From NCBI GenBank assembly GCA_918262735.1, contig CAKJYJ010000005.1:73099-137098 (forward strand): 64,000 bases of DNA, in the 5' to 3' direction. How positions within the stretch are numbered: position 1 is the first letter of the stretch; each line of letters begins with the position of its first letter. Source of the DNA: Clostridiales bacterium. Its GTDB lineage: Bacteria > Bacillota > Clostridia > Christensenellales > UBA1242. This document shows positions 37,593 to 48,902 of this stretch, in pieces. The notes beneath the pieces were generated by a model, which saw only the letters and a list, made by a program, of their open reading frames with translations, did not search any database and was not told where the DNA came from. The translations under genes were made by a program, and so were the position numbers.

Positions 37593-38801
37593 TTAGTTTG
37601 TTTCTCTGTTAGTTTCTGTGTTTGCCGTTAATTCTTTACTTTTCTTATATAAAGAAACATACAAATCTATTATTTTATCTTGGTCAACCCTCTCCATTTC
37701 TGTAAAGGATTTCTTTTCTTCTCCAAAACACTTTTCCCTTGCCTCTAAAACAAGTTTTCCAGTTTTGCCTTTTGAATCTTTGCCAAGACCTTTTTTTATT
37801 ATATCTTGAACTTCTTGTGCAAATTTATAATATGAATACTGTTCGTTTTCGCTCATTCTTGACATATCTTTGCCATCTTTCTCCGCAGCAAGTTTTGCCA
37901 ATTGATAGTTTTCATACGCTTTATCGAATCTTTTATCAAATAGGCCCCTTACACCATAAAGACCATATGTTGGTTTACCGCTAATCATATCATGCATTAT
38001 TTCTTTTGCGGATGTTTCTTGATATTGCAAATCATCATAATATTTGTCGTAAATAGCTGCAAGTTTAAAACGAAGATAATTCCCGGCAGTTGCTTTAATA
38101 TTTTTCACCGCCTCGCCCTTTTCAGTGATTAAACGCATTCTTTCTTTGCGAGCTTCTTCCATTTCTGTTTCATATTTTGTATAGGCACTTTTTAAATTTC
38201 CAGATGCTTTTAAGGCTATCGAAAGTTTTATATATTCACCAACACTTTCTTTTGATTTTGTTAATCTGGATTCTAAACCTTTTGCCCTAATTCTATCAAA
38301 AAGACGAGTGGAGTTCTTAATTCCTTCATGTTTTTCACTTAAAGATAAGTATTTTTTTACTTTCTTGTCGTTTTCTAATGATTGTGCTCTTTTTGTTGCG
38401 TTTTCTAACAACCTAGACCTAATGTCTTCAGGTGTCATATTGGTATCACTCAAAAACTCAGAAGCAATACAATCCGAATTATAAAACAACATAAAATCGT
38501 GGTCTGAATCAAAATCCCTTGTGTTGTATGGTGTGTGCTCAATATGCTTAAATTCAAAACCCAAATCTTTTTCTACACCCTCAATAGACTCATCCAATGC
38601 AACAATATGTTTTCCATTTTCAACCAAAGCACCTTCCATGTTATTAAAGTCCGTAAGATTGGCTTGAAGATTTTTATCGCCCATCTTCCCTATAAACTTT
38701 TCGGCACATTCACTAAAGCCGGCATCATATTCGCTCATGGTTACCAACGTAAAATCAACATTGTCTAAATCTTTTTTTAATTCTTCCAAAACATTTTTCA
38801 T
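37593..38801 (-). CDS. hypothetical cytoplasmic protein, Lys/Glu-rich helical C-terminal half
   Basis: 402 aa. No signal peptide or TM helix, and no motif I recognise. GAGG-type RBS (AAGAGGTAAAAAAAATG). Confidence 0.6.
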   Translation of the reverse strand: MKNVLEELKKDLDNVDFTLVTMSEYDAGFSECAEKFIGKMGDKNLQANLTDFNNMEGALVENGKHIVALDESIEGVEKDLGFEFKHIEHTPYNTRDFDSDHDFMLFYNSDCIASEFLSDTNMTPEDIRSRLLENATKRAQSLENDKKVKKYLSLSEKHEGIKNSTRLFDRIRAKGLESRLTKSKESVGEYIKLSIALKASGNLKSAYTKYETEMEEARKERMRLITEKGEAVKNIKATAGNYLRFKLAAIYDKYYDDLQYQETSAKEIMHDMISGKPTYGLYGVRGLFDKRFDKAYENYQLAKLAAEKDGKDMSRMSENEQYSYYKFAQEVQDIIKKGLGKDSKGKTGKLVLEAREKCFGEEKKSFTEMERVDQDKIIDLYVSLYKKSKELTANTETNRETN

Positions 38802-38885
38802 TTTTTTTACCTCTTAGTTTTATTATAACACAAGTTTTTTTTATTGTAAATACCTTTTTCGCACAGGCATTAAAAAATGGAGCAT

Positions 38886-38926
38886 TAAAAAATGCAGTAA
38901 TCCTGTTACATCATTACTGCATTTTT
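38886..38926. terminator. intrinsic terminator after rpoC
   Basis: AATGCAGTAAT (38891-38901) pairs with ATTACTGCATT (38913-38923), with a flanking T-run. Confidence 0.8.
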
Positions 38927-38935
38927 ATTATTTAT

Positions 38936-41900
38936 TTAACCAACAAAAACATCTTCTTCTGTTGTTTCTTCTAAATCCTCTCGTTTTGTTTCAACCTCTT
39001 TTGGATAGATATCTCTATATTGTTTTAAGCCCGTTCCTGCTGGAATAAGTTTACCTATAATTACGTTTTCTTTTAATCCACGTAAATGATCAACTTTTCC
39101 TTTTAATGCAGCATCAGTTAAAACTCTTGATGTTTCTTGGAATGATGCAGAAGATAAGAAGCTTTCGGTTGAAAGTGCGGCTTTGGTTATACCAAGAAGC
39201 ACACGTTTTGCTGTTGCTGGAACGCCACCTTCAGATAAAACCCTCTCGTTTTCTGCTTCGTAATCAAACACATCAATAACATCGCCAGGAAGAAGATTGG
39301 TGTCTCCACTGTTTTCAATTTTAACTCTCTTTAACATCTGACGAATAATAACTTCAATGTGCTTGTCGTTGATTGTAACATCTTGACCTTTATATATCAT
39401 TATAACTTCTGAAAGCAAATAGTCCTGAAGTCCTTTTAAACCTTTAATTCTAAGAAGGTCGGTTGGGTTAATTGAACCTTCAGTAAGTTGTGCACCTGGT
39501 TCAACAACGTCTCCATCTTTTGCTTTTAAGAATACTGGTTTTTTAACTTCATAAACTGCTTCATCTTCAGCATTTTTAACTGTTAATATATATTGTCTTG
39601 GTTCTTCATGAACGCTTAATTTACCTGCAATTTCTGAAATAACAGCTTGACCTTTTGGCCTTCTTGCTTCAAATAATTCTTCAACACGAGGCAAACCTTT
39701 TGTTATATCTGCCGCAACGGCAACACCGCCGGTGTGGAAGGTACGCATTGTAAGCTGTGTTCCTGGCTCACCAATTGATTGAGCTGCAATAACACCAACA
39801 GCTTCACCAACATTAACAATGTTTTTACCTGACATATTTTTGCCATAACATTTTGCACAAACACCATTTTTGCAACGACAATTCAAAAGATTTCTAATTT
39901 GAACACGTTTAATTCCTGCTTTTTCAACAGCCTTTGCTTGTGCTTTTGTTACCATTGTGTTTGCTTCAACAATAACTTCACCGGTTTTTGGATCAACAAC
40001 ATTATCAACAACAAATCTGCCTTCAATTCTGTCGCCAAGTCCCTCTAAAACAGCTCCGTCTTGAACAAGTTCTGAAACATATGCTCCCCTAACTTTTTCG
40101 CCAAGGTCTGCAAAACAGTCTTCCGTTGTTACAACAACATCGTGAGAAATATCAACTAATCTACGTGTTAAGTAACCAGAGTCTGCAGTTTTAAGAGCTG
40201 TATCGGTTAAGGTTTTACGTCCACCACGAGCAGAAATAAAATATTCAAGTGGAGTTAAACCACCACGGAATGATGATTTAACTGGCACGTCAACCTTTTG
40301 ACCAGATGAGTTAGCCATAATTCCACGCATTCCGCAAATTGAGTTTAACTGAACGTTGGAACCACGGGCACCAGAATAAACGAACATTTTGATTGGGTTG
40401 TAATCATCCAAATATTCTAGAACTGCGTCTTGAACCTTGTTTGTTGTTTCTGTCCAGGTTGTAATATTTGCTGTTAATTTTTCATCTAGGGTTATAAGGC
40501 CTCTTGCAAGAAGTTTTTCATTTTCTAGTATCTTCTTTTGAGCATCTGCAACAATATCCGCTTTCTTTGGTGGCTCTTTCATATCAAAAACATTGATTGT
40601 AAGACCAGAAAGTGTTGCATGTTTATATCCCATATTCTTAATTCTATCAACCATTTCAGAACATTCTGTTGTTCCCAAAACATCAAAACACTTAACAACT
40701 AAGTTTTTAAGGTCTTTTTTAATAACTGGACTATTGATTTCAAAATCACAATAATTTTCTGGATTTGTTCTATCAACATATCCCAAGTTTTGTGGAATTG
40801 CTTGATTGAATATTATTCTACCAACGGTGGTTTTGAATTTTTTAGAATATTGTTTTCCATCAACCACACAGGTTCTTCTTAGCAGTATTTCTGCATTAAT
40901 GTCAACAACCTTTGTTTGATATGCAATAATTGCCTCGTCCTCTGAAGCAAAGTACATTCCCTCACCTTTTGCACCCGGCTTAACAAGTGTTAAATAGTAG
41001 CAGCCAAGAACGATATCAAGACCAGGGTTAACAATTGGTTGACCATCTGAAAGTTTAATAATGTTATTAGATGCAAGCATAAGGTTTCTTGCCTCTGTTC
41101 TTGCGTCAATTGAAAGTGGAACGTGAACTGGCATTTGGTCACCATCGAAGTCGGCATTAAATCCGGTACAAACCGATGGGTGAAGTTTAATTGCTCTACC
41201 TTCAACCAAAACTGGTTCAAATGCTTGAATTGAAAGTCTGTGAAGTGTTGGTGCACGGTTTAGAAGAACTGGGTGGTCCTTAATAACCTCAGCAAGAACA
41301 TCCCAAACAACTGTCTTTTCTTTTTCAATAATTCTTTTTGCCGTTTTGAAATTGTTACATTCATTTAATTCAACCAATCTTTTTATTACAAATGGCTTAA
41401 ACAATTCAAGTGCCATTTCTTTTGGAAGACCGCATTGATACATTTTTAATTCTGGGCCAACGGCAATAACTGAACGACCTGAATAGTCAACACGTTTACC
41501 AAGAAGGTTTTGACGGAAACGGCCTTGCTTACCAGTTAAGATTGCGGTTAAAGATTTTAAATCTTTTTGTTTTGCACCTTGAACTGCTCTGCCTCTTTTA
41601 CCATTATCTATTAATGCGTCAACGGCCTCTTGAAGCATACGCTTTTCGTTTCTAATAATAACATCTGGTGCACCAAGCTCAATTAATTTTTTTAAACGAT
41701 TGTTTCTGTTGATTACTCTTCTATACAAATCGTTCAAATCGCTTGTTGCAAAACGTCCACCATCTAATTGAACCATTGGACGAAGTTCTGGTGGAAGAAC
41801 AGGAAGAACATCTAAAACCATCCATTCTGGTTTGTTATCACTCTTTAAGAATGATTCAACGATGTTAATTTTTTTAATAGCTTTAATACGTTTTTGTCCT

Positions 41901-42499
41901 TTTGCAGTTTTAAGCACTTCCTTAAGCTCTTCACTCTCTTTCTTTAGATCAACTTGAGAAAGGAGAATTTTAATAGCCTCAGCACCCATTCCTGCAACAA
42001 AACTACCATATCCGTATTTTTCAATGGCTTCTCTATATTCTTTATCTGTGATAATTTGTTTATATGTGAAATCTGTTTGTTTAGGGTCTATAACAATATA
42101 GTTCACATAATAAACAACTTGTTCAAGTGTTTTTGGAGTTATATCTAAAAGAGTTCCAATTCTTGAAGGAACCGATCTAAAAAACCAAATGTGAGTAACG
42201 GGACAAGCAAGTTCAATGTGTCCCATTCTTTCACGACGAACTTTAGAACGAGTAACTTCAACGCCACATTTATCGCAAACAACGCCCCTATATCTTATGC
42301 GTTTATATTTACCGCAATGGCATTCCCAGTCTTTTTTAGGTCCAAAAATCTTCTCACAGAAAAGGCCATCTTTTTCTGGCTTTTGTGTTCTGTAATTAAT
42401 TGTTTCTGGTTTGGTTACTTCACCGTAAGACCATTCTCTAATTCTTTCTGGTGATGCAATACCAATTTTAATTGAATCAAAATTGTTTAATTCAAACAT
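38936..42499 (-). CDS. rpoC: DNA-directed RNA polymerase subunit beta'
   Basis: 1187 aa. Zinc-binding [20 protein letters not shown] and the NADFDGDQM catalytic motif. Confidence 0.98.
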   Translation of the reverse strand: MFELNNFDSIKIGIASPERIREWSYGEVTKPETINYRTQKPEKDGLFCEKIFGPKKDWECHCGKYKRIRYRGVVCDKCGVEVTRSKVRRERMGHIELACPVTHIWFFRSVPSRIGTLLDITPKTLEQVVYYVNYIVIDPKQTDFTYKQIITDKEYREAIEKYGYGSFVAGMGAEAIKILLSQVDLKKESEELKEVLKTAKGQKRIKAIKKINIVESFLKSDNKPEWMVLDVLPVLPPELRPMVQLDGGRFATSDLNDLYRRVINRNNRLKKLIELGAPDVIIRNEKRMLQEAVDALIDNGKRGRAVQGAKQKDLKSLTAILTGKQGRFRQNLLGKRVDYSGRSVIAVGPELKMYQCGLPKEMALELFKPFVIKRLVELNECNNFKTAKRIIEKEKTVVWDVLAEVIKDHPVLLNRAPTLHRLSIQAFEPVLVEGRAIKLHPSVCTGFNADFDGDQMPVHVPLSIDARTEARNLMLASNNIIKLSDGQPIVNPGLDIVLGCYYLTLVKPGAKGEGMYFASEDEAIIAYQTKVVDINAEILLRRTCVVDGKQYSKKFKTTVGRIIFNQAIPQNLGYVDRTNPENYCDFEINSPVIKKDLKNLVVKCFDVLGTTECSEMVDRIKNMGYKHATLSGLTINVFDMKEPPKKADIVADAQKKILENEKLLARGLITLDEKLTANITTWTETTNKVQDAVLEYLDDYNPIKMFVYSGARGSNVQLNSICGMRGIMANSSGQKVDVPVKSSFRGGLTPLEYFISARGGRKTLTDTALKTADSGYLTRRLVDISHDVVVTTEDCFADLGEKVRGAYVSELVQDGAVLEGLGDRIEGRFVVDNVVDPKTGEVIVEANTMVTKAQAKAVEKAGIKRVQIRNLLNCRCKNGVCAKCYGKNMSGKNIVNVGEAVGVIAAQSIGEPGTQLTMRTFHTGGVAVAADITKGLPRVEELFEARRPKGQAVISEIAGKLSVHEEPRQYILTVKNAEDEAVYEVKKPVFLKAKDGDVVEPGAQLTEGSINPTDLLRIKGLKGLQDYLLSEVIMIYKGQDVTINDKHIEVIIRQMLKRVKIENSGDTNLLPGDVIDVFDYEAENERVLSEGGVPATAKRVLLGITKAALSTESFLSSASFQETSRVLTDAALKGKVDHLRGLKENVIIGKLIPAGTGLKQYRDIYPKEVETKREDLEETTEEDVFVG

Positions 42500-42533
42500 A
42501 TATTTTCTCCTATACTTTTATTTTTGGTTTATT

Positions 42534-45500
42534 TTACTCGTCTAAATCTTCAAAATCGCCATATAATTCAGCGGTTGGATCAACCGATGCATTTGCGATA
42601 TCTTCATCAGTAACACCAGTTTCTGTTAAATCTGATAATGATTGAGATAGCAATTCGTCAAAGTTAATAGAAACGTCTTTAAGTTCTTGCTCAACCTCTG
42701 CCCCAAGGTTAGGAGCAACATCCATTTCATCATTAGATAGTTCTGCAATTGAAACTTCTTGGTTGTCTTCTGTTAAAATCTTCATATCCAAACCAAGAGA
42801 TTGAAGTTCCTTTACCAAAACTTTGAATGATTCTGGAATGCCAGGTTCAGCAATAGGCTCACCCTTAACAATTGCCTCATATGTTTTAGTTCTACCAACA
42901 ATATCGTCAGATTTAACTGTAAGCATTTCTTGAAGAAGTGCTGAAGCACCATAAGCTTCAAGTGCCCACACCTCCATTTCACCAAATCTTTGGCCACCAA
43001 ACATTGCTTTACCACCAAGAGGTTGTTGAGTAACAAGGCTGTAAGGTCCAGTTGAACGGGCGTGCATTTTACTATCAACCATGTGGTCTAGTTTTAACAT
43101 ATATTTGTAACCAACTGTTGCTTTGTGGTCGAATGGTTCACCAGTTCTACCATCATACAATTGAATTTTACCATCTTCTGGGAATCCATTAGCAACAAGT
43201 AAATCTCTAACAATGTCTGGAGTTGCACCATCAAATGCTGGAGTTGCAACCTTCCAGCCAAGGCTTTCTGCAACTAAACCTAAATGAACTTCCAAAACCT
43301 GACCAATATTCATACGAGATGGAATACCAAGTGGGTTCAAAACAAGGTCTAAAGGTCTACCATCGGCAAGGAAAGGCATATCTGCTTCTGGAAGAATTCT
43401 AGAAACAACACCTTTGTTACCATGACGACCAGACATTTTATCACCAACTGAAAGTTTACGACGTTGTGCAACGTAAACTTTAACAAGCATGTTAACGCCT
43501 GGATCCAATTCATCTTTATTCTTTTTAGAAAGAACTTGAACATCAACAACTGTTCCACCACAACCGTGTTTAACACGAAGTGATGTGTCTCTTACTTCTC
43601 TTGCTTTATCGCCAAAGATTGCACGAAGAAGCCTTTCTTCTGGAGTTAATTCCGTTTCACCCTTTGGTGTTACTTTACCAACTAAAATATCACCAGGTCT
43701 AACTTCTGAACCAACCCTAATAATACCATTTTCGTCTAGGTTTTTAAGAGCATCTTCACCAAGATTTGGAATATCTCTTGTGATTTCTTCATCACCAAGT
43801 TTTGTGCTTCTACATGGCATTTCAACATCTTTTAGGTTAATTGATGTGTAAACGTCATCTTTAACAATTCTCTCTGAAATTAAGATAGCATCTTCGTAGT
43901 TATAACCCTCCCAGTTCATATATCCAACTAGGACGTTCTTACCAAGTGCAAGTTCTCCGTTCTTGGTTGAGAAACCATCTATTAGAACATCACCTTTTTT
44001 GACCTTTTGACCCTTTTTAACTGCAGGCTTTTGGTTTTGACAGGTGTATGCGTTTGTTTTATCAAATTTAATTAATGGGAATGAATATAATTTTCCTGAT
44101 TTTCCCATAAAATCAACATGAACAGATGAAACGTATTCAACAGTTCCGTCTTCTGGAGCAGATACAATTGCACCACAATCTTTAGCAATTGGACGTTCCA
44201 TACCAGTTCCAACGATAGGAGCTTCTGGTCTTAAAACGGGAACAGCTTGACGTTGCATGTTTGAACCCATAAGTGCACGAGCTGAGTCGTCGTTTTCAAC
44301 AAATGGAATAAGTGATGCTGCCGCAGAAATTAATTGTCTTGGAGAAACATCCATATAGTCAACTCTTGAGGCAGGAACTTCCAAGATTGATGAACCATGA
44401 CGGCAAATAACACGTTTGTTAACAAATTTGCCTTCTTCATCAAGTGGCTCTGTTGCTTGGCAAATGTATGCTTTGTCTTCAATATCTGCCATATGATATT
44501 CTGCATGGTTTTCAACCACGCCAGTTTCTTTGTTTACTTTTCTATAAGGGGTTTCCAAGAATCCATATTCATTTACTTTTGCATAAGCTGCAAGTGTTGA
44601 AATAAGACCAATTGATTGACCTTCTGGCGTTTCAATAGCACATATTCTACCATAATGAGTGTAGTGAATATCACGAAGTTCGGCAGATGCTCTTTCTTTT
44701 TTAACACCACCAGGGCCGACTGCAGAAAGTCTACGTTTTTGCGTTAACCCAGAAAGTGGATTAATTTGATCCATAAATTGAGAGAGTTGTGATTGAGCAA
44801 TAAAATCTTTCAAACTCTTATTCACAGGTCTTGGATTAATAATTTGTGAAGGTGTTACCTCTGCAAGTTCTTTACCTTGCAACGTTTCTTTGATGTTGGC
44901 ACTTAATTTTTTGATACCAGAACTAAATGCATTTCCTAATAACTCACCAACAGAAACAACACGTTTATTTGATAAATGGTCAATGTTGTCAATTTCTCCA
45001 ATTCCATCACATAAATCCAAGTAGTATGAAACCGTTGCTAAAATATCGTCCATTGTTAATGTTGTTATTAACAACTCTTTAGCATTGTTTCTAATTGCTT
45101 CAAGTCTTTTTTCTTTTGTTTTGTTTTCTTTAAGAATTTGACAAAGAGTTGGATAGTAAACTTCTTCCAAAATACCAAGTTCTTTTTCATCACATGGGAA
45201 GACTTTTGAAAGTCTTACTCTATTATTACCTCTAATTAAATGACGTTCGCCATTTGCAAGAATGTAAACCTCATTAATTCCTGCGTCCTGAATTCTTCTT
45301 GCAACGTCATAAGTGAACTCTTCACCAGCCTTAACAACAATTTCATCATCAATTGCAATATTGTCTGCTGAAATATGCCCAGTTATTCTGTTTGCAATAG
45401 AAAGCTTTAAGTTCATTTTATAGCGACCAACACGATTGATATCGTAATATGCATCACTAAAGAATAGCAAGTTGATATAGTTTCTTGTGCTTTCTGCTGA

Positions 45501-46247
45501 TGGAACATCTGCTGGTCTTGTTTTACGAGCAAGTTCAATCAAGGCTTCTTCTTGTGTTGTTTGAGGTTCTTTTTCAAGAACGTTCTTTATTAATCTGTGG
45601 TTACCAAAAAGGGCCATAATATCTTCATTGGTGTAACCAAAGCATTTTAAGAATAATCCAAGAGTGATTTTATGCGTTCTATCTAAAACAACTTTTAATA
45701 GTTCATTCGCACCCTGCTCTATTTCAACCCACATACCATGACTTGGATATAATTGACCTTTAAGTGTTGAATTATCATCTTTATCGCGGGTGAAATAAAC
45801 ACTTGGAGAACGAGTTACCTGGCTAACAATAACCCTCTCTGTTCCGTTAAACACAAAAGAACCCTGTGCTGTCATATATGGAATATCGCAAAGGTATATG
45901 TCGTTTTGTTCAATGGCTTCACCGCTATCTTCCAAAACGAGCCTTGCGTTAACCTTTAATGGCACGCTATATGTTCCTCTTCTGATTTTATATTCTTTGA
46001 TTGATTGTTTTGGTTTATCACCGAAACTGATTCCGGTGAAATATAGTTTAACCTTACCGCTATAATCAGTTATTGGTGAAAGCTCTTGTAAAATTTCAAG
46101 AATACCAGTTTCAAGAAACTCTTTATATGTGTCTTTTTGTATTTCTAGTAAATCTGGCAATTCACAAGTGTTATCTAATTTTGAGAAAGAATATCTCTCT
46201 GTTGTTCCGTACATAACCTTTTTTAATGTAGGCATTTTTTCTTGCAT
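42534..46247 (-). CDS. rpoB: DNA-directed RNA polymerase subunit beta
   Basis: 1237 aa. Conserved blocks [14 protein letters not shown] and [18 protein letters not shown]. Confidence 0.98.
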   Translation of the reverse strand: MQEKMPTLKKVMYGTTERYSFSKLDNTCELPDLLEIQKDTYKEFLETGILEILQELSPITDYSGKVKLYFTGISFGDKPKQSIKEYKIRRGTYSVPLKVNARLVLEDSGEAIEQNDIYLCDIPYMTAQGSFVFNGTERVIVSQVTRSPSVYFTRDKDDNSTLKGQLYPSHGMWVEIEQGANELLKVVLDRTHKITLGLFLKCFGYTNEDIMALFGNHRLIKNVLEKEPQTTQEEALIELARKTRPADVPSAESTRNYINLLFFSDAYYDINRVGRYKMNLKLSIANRITGHISADNIAIDDEIVVKAGEEFTYDVARRIQDAGINEVYILANGERHLIRGNNRVRLSKVFPCDEKELGILEEVYYPTLCQILKENKTKEKRLEAIRNNAKELLITTLTMDDILATVSYYLDLCDGIGEIDNIDHLSNKRVVSVGELLGNAFSSGIKKLSANIKETLQGKELAEVTPSQIINPRPVNKSLKDFIAQSQLSQFMDQINPLSGLTQKRRLSAVGPGGVKKERASAELRDIHYTHYGRICAIETPEGQSIGLISTLAAYAKVNEYGFLETPYRKVNKETGVVENHAEYHMADIEDKAYICQATEPLDEEGKFVNKRVICRHGSSILEVPASRVDYMDVSPRQLISAAASLIPFVENDDSARALMGSNMQRQAVPVLRPEAPIVGTGMERPIAKDCGAIVSAPEDGTVEYVSSVHVDFMGKSGKLYSFPLIKFDKTNAYTCQNQKPAVKKGQKVKKGDVLIDGFSTKNGELALGKNVLVGYMNWEGYNYEDAILISERIVKDDVYTSINLKDVEMPCRSTKLGDEEITRDIPNLGEDALKNLDENGIIRVGSEVRPGDILVGKVTPKGETELTPEERLLRAIFGDKAREVRDTSLRVKHGCGGTVVDVQVLSKKNKDELDPGVNMLVKVYVAQRRKLSVGDKMSGRHGNKGVVSRILPEADMPFLADGRPLDLVLNPLGIPSRMNIGQVLEVHLGLVAESLGWKVATPAFDGATPDIVRDLLVANGFPEDGKIQLYDGRTGEPFDHKATVGYKYMLKLDHMVDSKMHARSTGPYSLVTQQPLGGKAMFGGQRFGEMEVWALEAYGASALLQEMLTVKSDDIVGRTKTYEAIVKGEPIAEPGIPESFKVLVKELQSLGLDMKILTEDNQEVSIAELSNDEMDVAPNLGAEVEQELKDVSINFDELLSQSLSDLTETGVTDEDIANASVDPTAELYGDFEDLDE

Positions 46248-46440
46248 AAAATGTGCTCCTTAAAATTTTATTATTCGGTTTTACTTATAATTTGAACAAA
46301 AAGTGTTCAAAATCATTTAAGCGTGAAAAGAGCAAGCAACAACCCTAGCCCATGTTATAGCTCGTTTTTGCTTGCAAAATGTATAAATTTTATATAGAAT
46401 AAGACCCTATTTTCAACACTTAAAAATAATTCCTTGTGTC

Positions 46441-46469
46441 ATTATATCAACAATCACTTAAAAAGTCAA
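46441..46469 (-). promoter_or_regulatory. sigma-A promoter upstream of rpoB
   Basis: Minus strand: TTGACT (46469-46464), 17 nt spacer, TATAAT (46446-46441). Implies a ~190-nt leader. Confidence 0.65.
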
Positions 46470-46606
46470 CATATTTTTCAAAATAATTATTGACAATTAT
46501 TACATAATAATTAGAAATTTTTTGCAAAAATAATAAAAATTACCTCTTGATTTTAATATGCATTTCTGTTATCATATAGGTGAAAAACAATTTTGAGAGG
46601 TTATTT

Positions 46607-46867
46607 ATGACATTGGAAGAACTAGAAGAGGAATATAAAACACATATTCATTTGGCAAATAAATTAATAGAAGAAACCAACACCGCAATTAAATGTGGAT
46701 GCCTTTCTGATGCAAAAAAAAGATGTACAAATGCCATTGACCACTACAAAAAAGCATTGGCAATTGCGGAAAAGTGTCAATTCGATTCAATTGATGACTT
46801 AAAAAAGCATATCACCTACTGCGAAAAAACAATGCAACATATTTTATCAAAAGAAAATAATAAATAA
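46607..46867 (+). CDS. small helical hypothetical protein
   Basis: 86 aa from ATG 46607 (GAGAGG 6 nt upstream). No family recognised. Confidence 0.5.
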   Translation: MTLEELEEEYKTHIHLANKLIEETNTAIKCGCLSDAKKRCTNAIDHYKKALAIAEKCQFDSIDDLKKHITYCEKTMQHILSKENNK

Positions 46868-46916
46868 TTTGAATCAATTGTCTTTAATATAACACATAAT
46901 CCGTTTTGTAAACACA

Positions 46917-46946
46917 CAAAAAAAACACAGGGCTCCTGTGTTTTTT
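46917..46946. terminator. bidirectional intrinsic terminator
   Basis: AAAAAAAA-CACAGG-gct-CCTGTG-TTTTTT between convergent genes. Confidence 0.8.
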
Positions 46947-46984
46947 ACTTTTTGTTAGATTGTTTTTATAACATCCCACAAAAC

Positions 46985-48457
46985 TTATTCTTCGTCTGGT
47001 TTGAAAATATCTTTTAACTCGCCCATATCAACATTTTCTTCCTGTTCTGGTGGAATATTACCATACTGGTTGTCATCAACAACTCTAATTCTATTTTCAT
47101 CTTTACGAATCTGTGGGCGCCTATCTTTATCAACAAAAGTTGTGTATTCTCCAATCCATCTAAGTTTTATGTCTTTTAGTTCACCATTACGATGTTTTGC
47201 AATAGATAATGTACATATCCCTGGCTCATCTTCACTTACAACATCATTATAATTGTCTGGTTTATAGATGAACAAAACAATATCTGCATCTTGCTCAATT
47301 GAGCCGGATTCACGCAGGTCAGAAAGCTGTGGCTTATGATCACCCTTTCTTTGCTCAACAGCACGTGAAAGTTGTGATAAAACAATTACCGGAACGTTTA
47401 ATTCCCTTGCCGCAATTTTTAAGTAACGAGTCATTTCTGAAACTTCATTTTGACGGCTTTCAACCTTGTCTTTACCGGTTGACATAAGTTGAAGATAGTC
47501 TATCATAACAAGATCTAGCCCAGATTCTCTTTGAAGGCGTCTACACTTACCTAAAATTGACATTGGCGTATTCATTGAAGAATCATCAATATATATACCA
47601 CTTTCAGAAAGCTGTTTGTTTGCCGTCCATAAACTCTTCCATTCATCAACCGTTAAGTCGCCCTTTAGTGCCTTTGACATTGAAACAGAAGCGACCGAAC
47701 ATATTGCACGCTGAGCGATTTGGGTTATTGGCATTTCAAGACTGAATATTGCGCATTTCTTCTTTTCTTTTATTGCAGCATTTGTTACCATATTCATAGC
47801 AAGAGAGGTTTTACCAACACCTGGTCTTGCGGCAAGCAAAATTAAGTCTGAATTTTGAAGACCATTAGTAACCGCATCAAAATCTTTAAATCCCGTTGCA
47901 ATACCCTTGATACCGTCTTTATTTTTTGATAACATATCAAATTTTTTAATAACTTCACCCAATGCACCATTAATATGGGTTAATGAGCTCTGCTCTTCAT
48001 TCTTGCCAATTTCAAACATTAATTGTTCTGCATAGTCTATTGCCTTCTCTTTGTCGGTTGCATCATATGTGTTTTCAATAATGTCTTGACTTGCTCTAAT
48101 TATTTTACGTAAAACAGAATCCCTTTTAACAATATCTAAATAAACTCTAAAGTTTGCAGCACCAGGCAATATGTTCGTTAAATTTGTTATGTATTCCAAA
48201 CCACCAACCGACTGTAAAAGATTCTCATTTTCTAATTCATCGGTTAATGTTACATAGTCTATTGGTTGATTTTTTGAAAATATAACAAACATTGCACCAA
48301 AAATATCTTGGTGTGCCCCCAAGTAAAAATCGTCATGTTTTAAGCTATTCATTATTGAAGTTGCAGCATCATCATCAATTAAGCATGCCCCCAAAATTGC
48401 CTGCTCTGCCTCAACACTATGTGGCATAACTTTGACGCCATGTTCTTTTTTATCCAT
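46985..48457 (-). CDS. dnaB: replicative DNA helicase DnaB (DnaC in Bacillus nomenclature)
   Basis: PHSVEAEQAILGACL, Walker A ARPGVGKTSLAMN, IDYLQLM. About 45-aa acidic C-terminal extension. Start at M1 or M11. Confidence 0.95.
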   Translation of the reverse strand: MDKKEHGVKVMPHSVEAEQAILGACLIDDDAATSIMNSLKHDDFYLGAHQDIFGAMFVIFSKNQPIDYVTLTDELENENLLQSVGGLEYITNLTNILPGAANFRVYLDIVKRDSVLRKIIRASQDIIENTYDATDKEKAIDYAEQLMFEIGKNEEQSSLTHINGALGEVIKKFDMLSKNKDGIKGIATGFKDFDAVTNGLQNSDLILLAARPGVGKTSLAMNMVTNAAIKEKKKCAIFSLEMPITQIAQRAICSVASVSMSKALKGDLTVDEWKSLWTANKQLSESGIYIDDSSMNTPMSILGKCRRLQRESGLDLVMIDYLQLMSTGKDKVESRQNEVSEMTRYLKIAARELNVPVIVLSQLSRAVEQRKGDHKPQLSDLRESGSIEQDADIVLFIYKPDNYNDVVSEDEPGICTLSIAKHRNGELKDIKLRWIGEYTTFVDKDRRPQIRKDENRIRVVDDNQYGNIPPEQEENVDMGELKDIFKPDEE

Positions 48458-48475
48458 ATGAAACCTCTTTTATAT

Positions 48476-48736
48476 TTAATCTTTGAATGGGTCGAATTTT
48501 TTTGTTCCTTGTTGCCTTTGTTTTTTCTCTTTTATTTTACCATAAATCAGTATTTCCAAAAGAACAACAGCTCCGCCCACGACCACATTGCAAACCATTA
48601 TTACCCACAATTGAGCTTTAACAATCGTTAAAACCGTTGCAACAATAAGCACAAATGGTGCTGCAATGAGCAAATATATAACCCCTCGTTTCACCGTTTG
48701 TTTAACATCATACGGTGTTTGATCTAAGTAACCCAT
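48476..48736 (-). CDS. small membrane protein (2 TM)
   Basis: 86 aa, two hydrophobic helices, basic C-terminal tail. Confidence 0.5.
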   Translation of the reverse strand: MGYLDQTPYDVKQTVKRGVIYLLIAAPFVLIVATVLTIVKAQLWVIMVCNVVVGGAVVLLEILIYGKIKEKKQRQQGTKKFDPFKD

Positions 48737-48853
48737 AATATCCTCAACATAAATATATCATTAATCGTTTTGAAAAGTAAAATAATTTTTTGATTTTGCA
48801 ATCCATAATCTCAAAATTAATTAACTTTACTGAAATTACTAAAAAATAAACAT

Positions 48854-48890
48854 AAAAACAGGCTTTTTTAATATATTTTGCCTGTTTTTT
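48854..48890. terminator. intrinsic terminator after typA
   Basis: AAAAACAGGC...GCCTGTTTTT stem with flanking T-run. Confidence 0.75.
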
Positions 48891-48902
48891 ATAAAATATT
48901 TG

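Noticed and set aside
42812-44600. Same-strand and antisense small ORFs within rpoB/rpoC (for example 42812-43078, 43349-43576, 40990-41256)
   Set aside because: They are out-of-frame overlaps inside two of the most conserved genes known, with no independent signals.
38936-46247. Alternative genetic code (UGA=Trp), considered because of the low GC and Mollicutes-like feel
   Set aside because: rpoB, rpoC, topA, valS and the 1234-aa lipoprotein are all uninterrupted under standard stops. There are therefore no in-frame TGA codons in more than 5000 codons, which is incompatible with code 4 usage.
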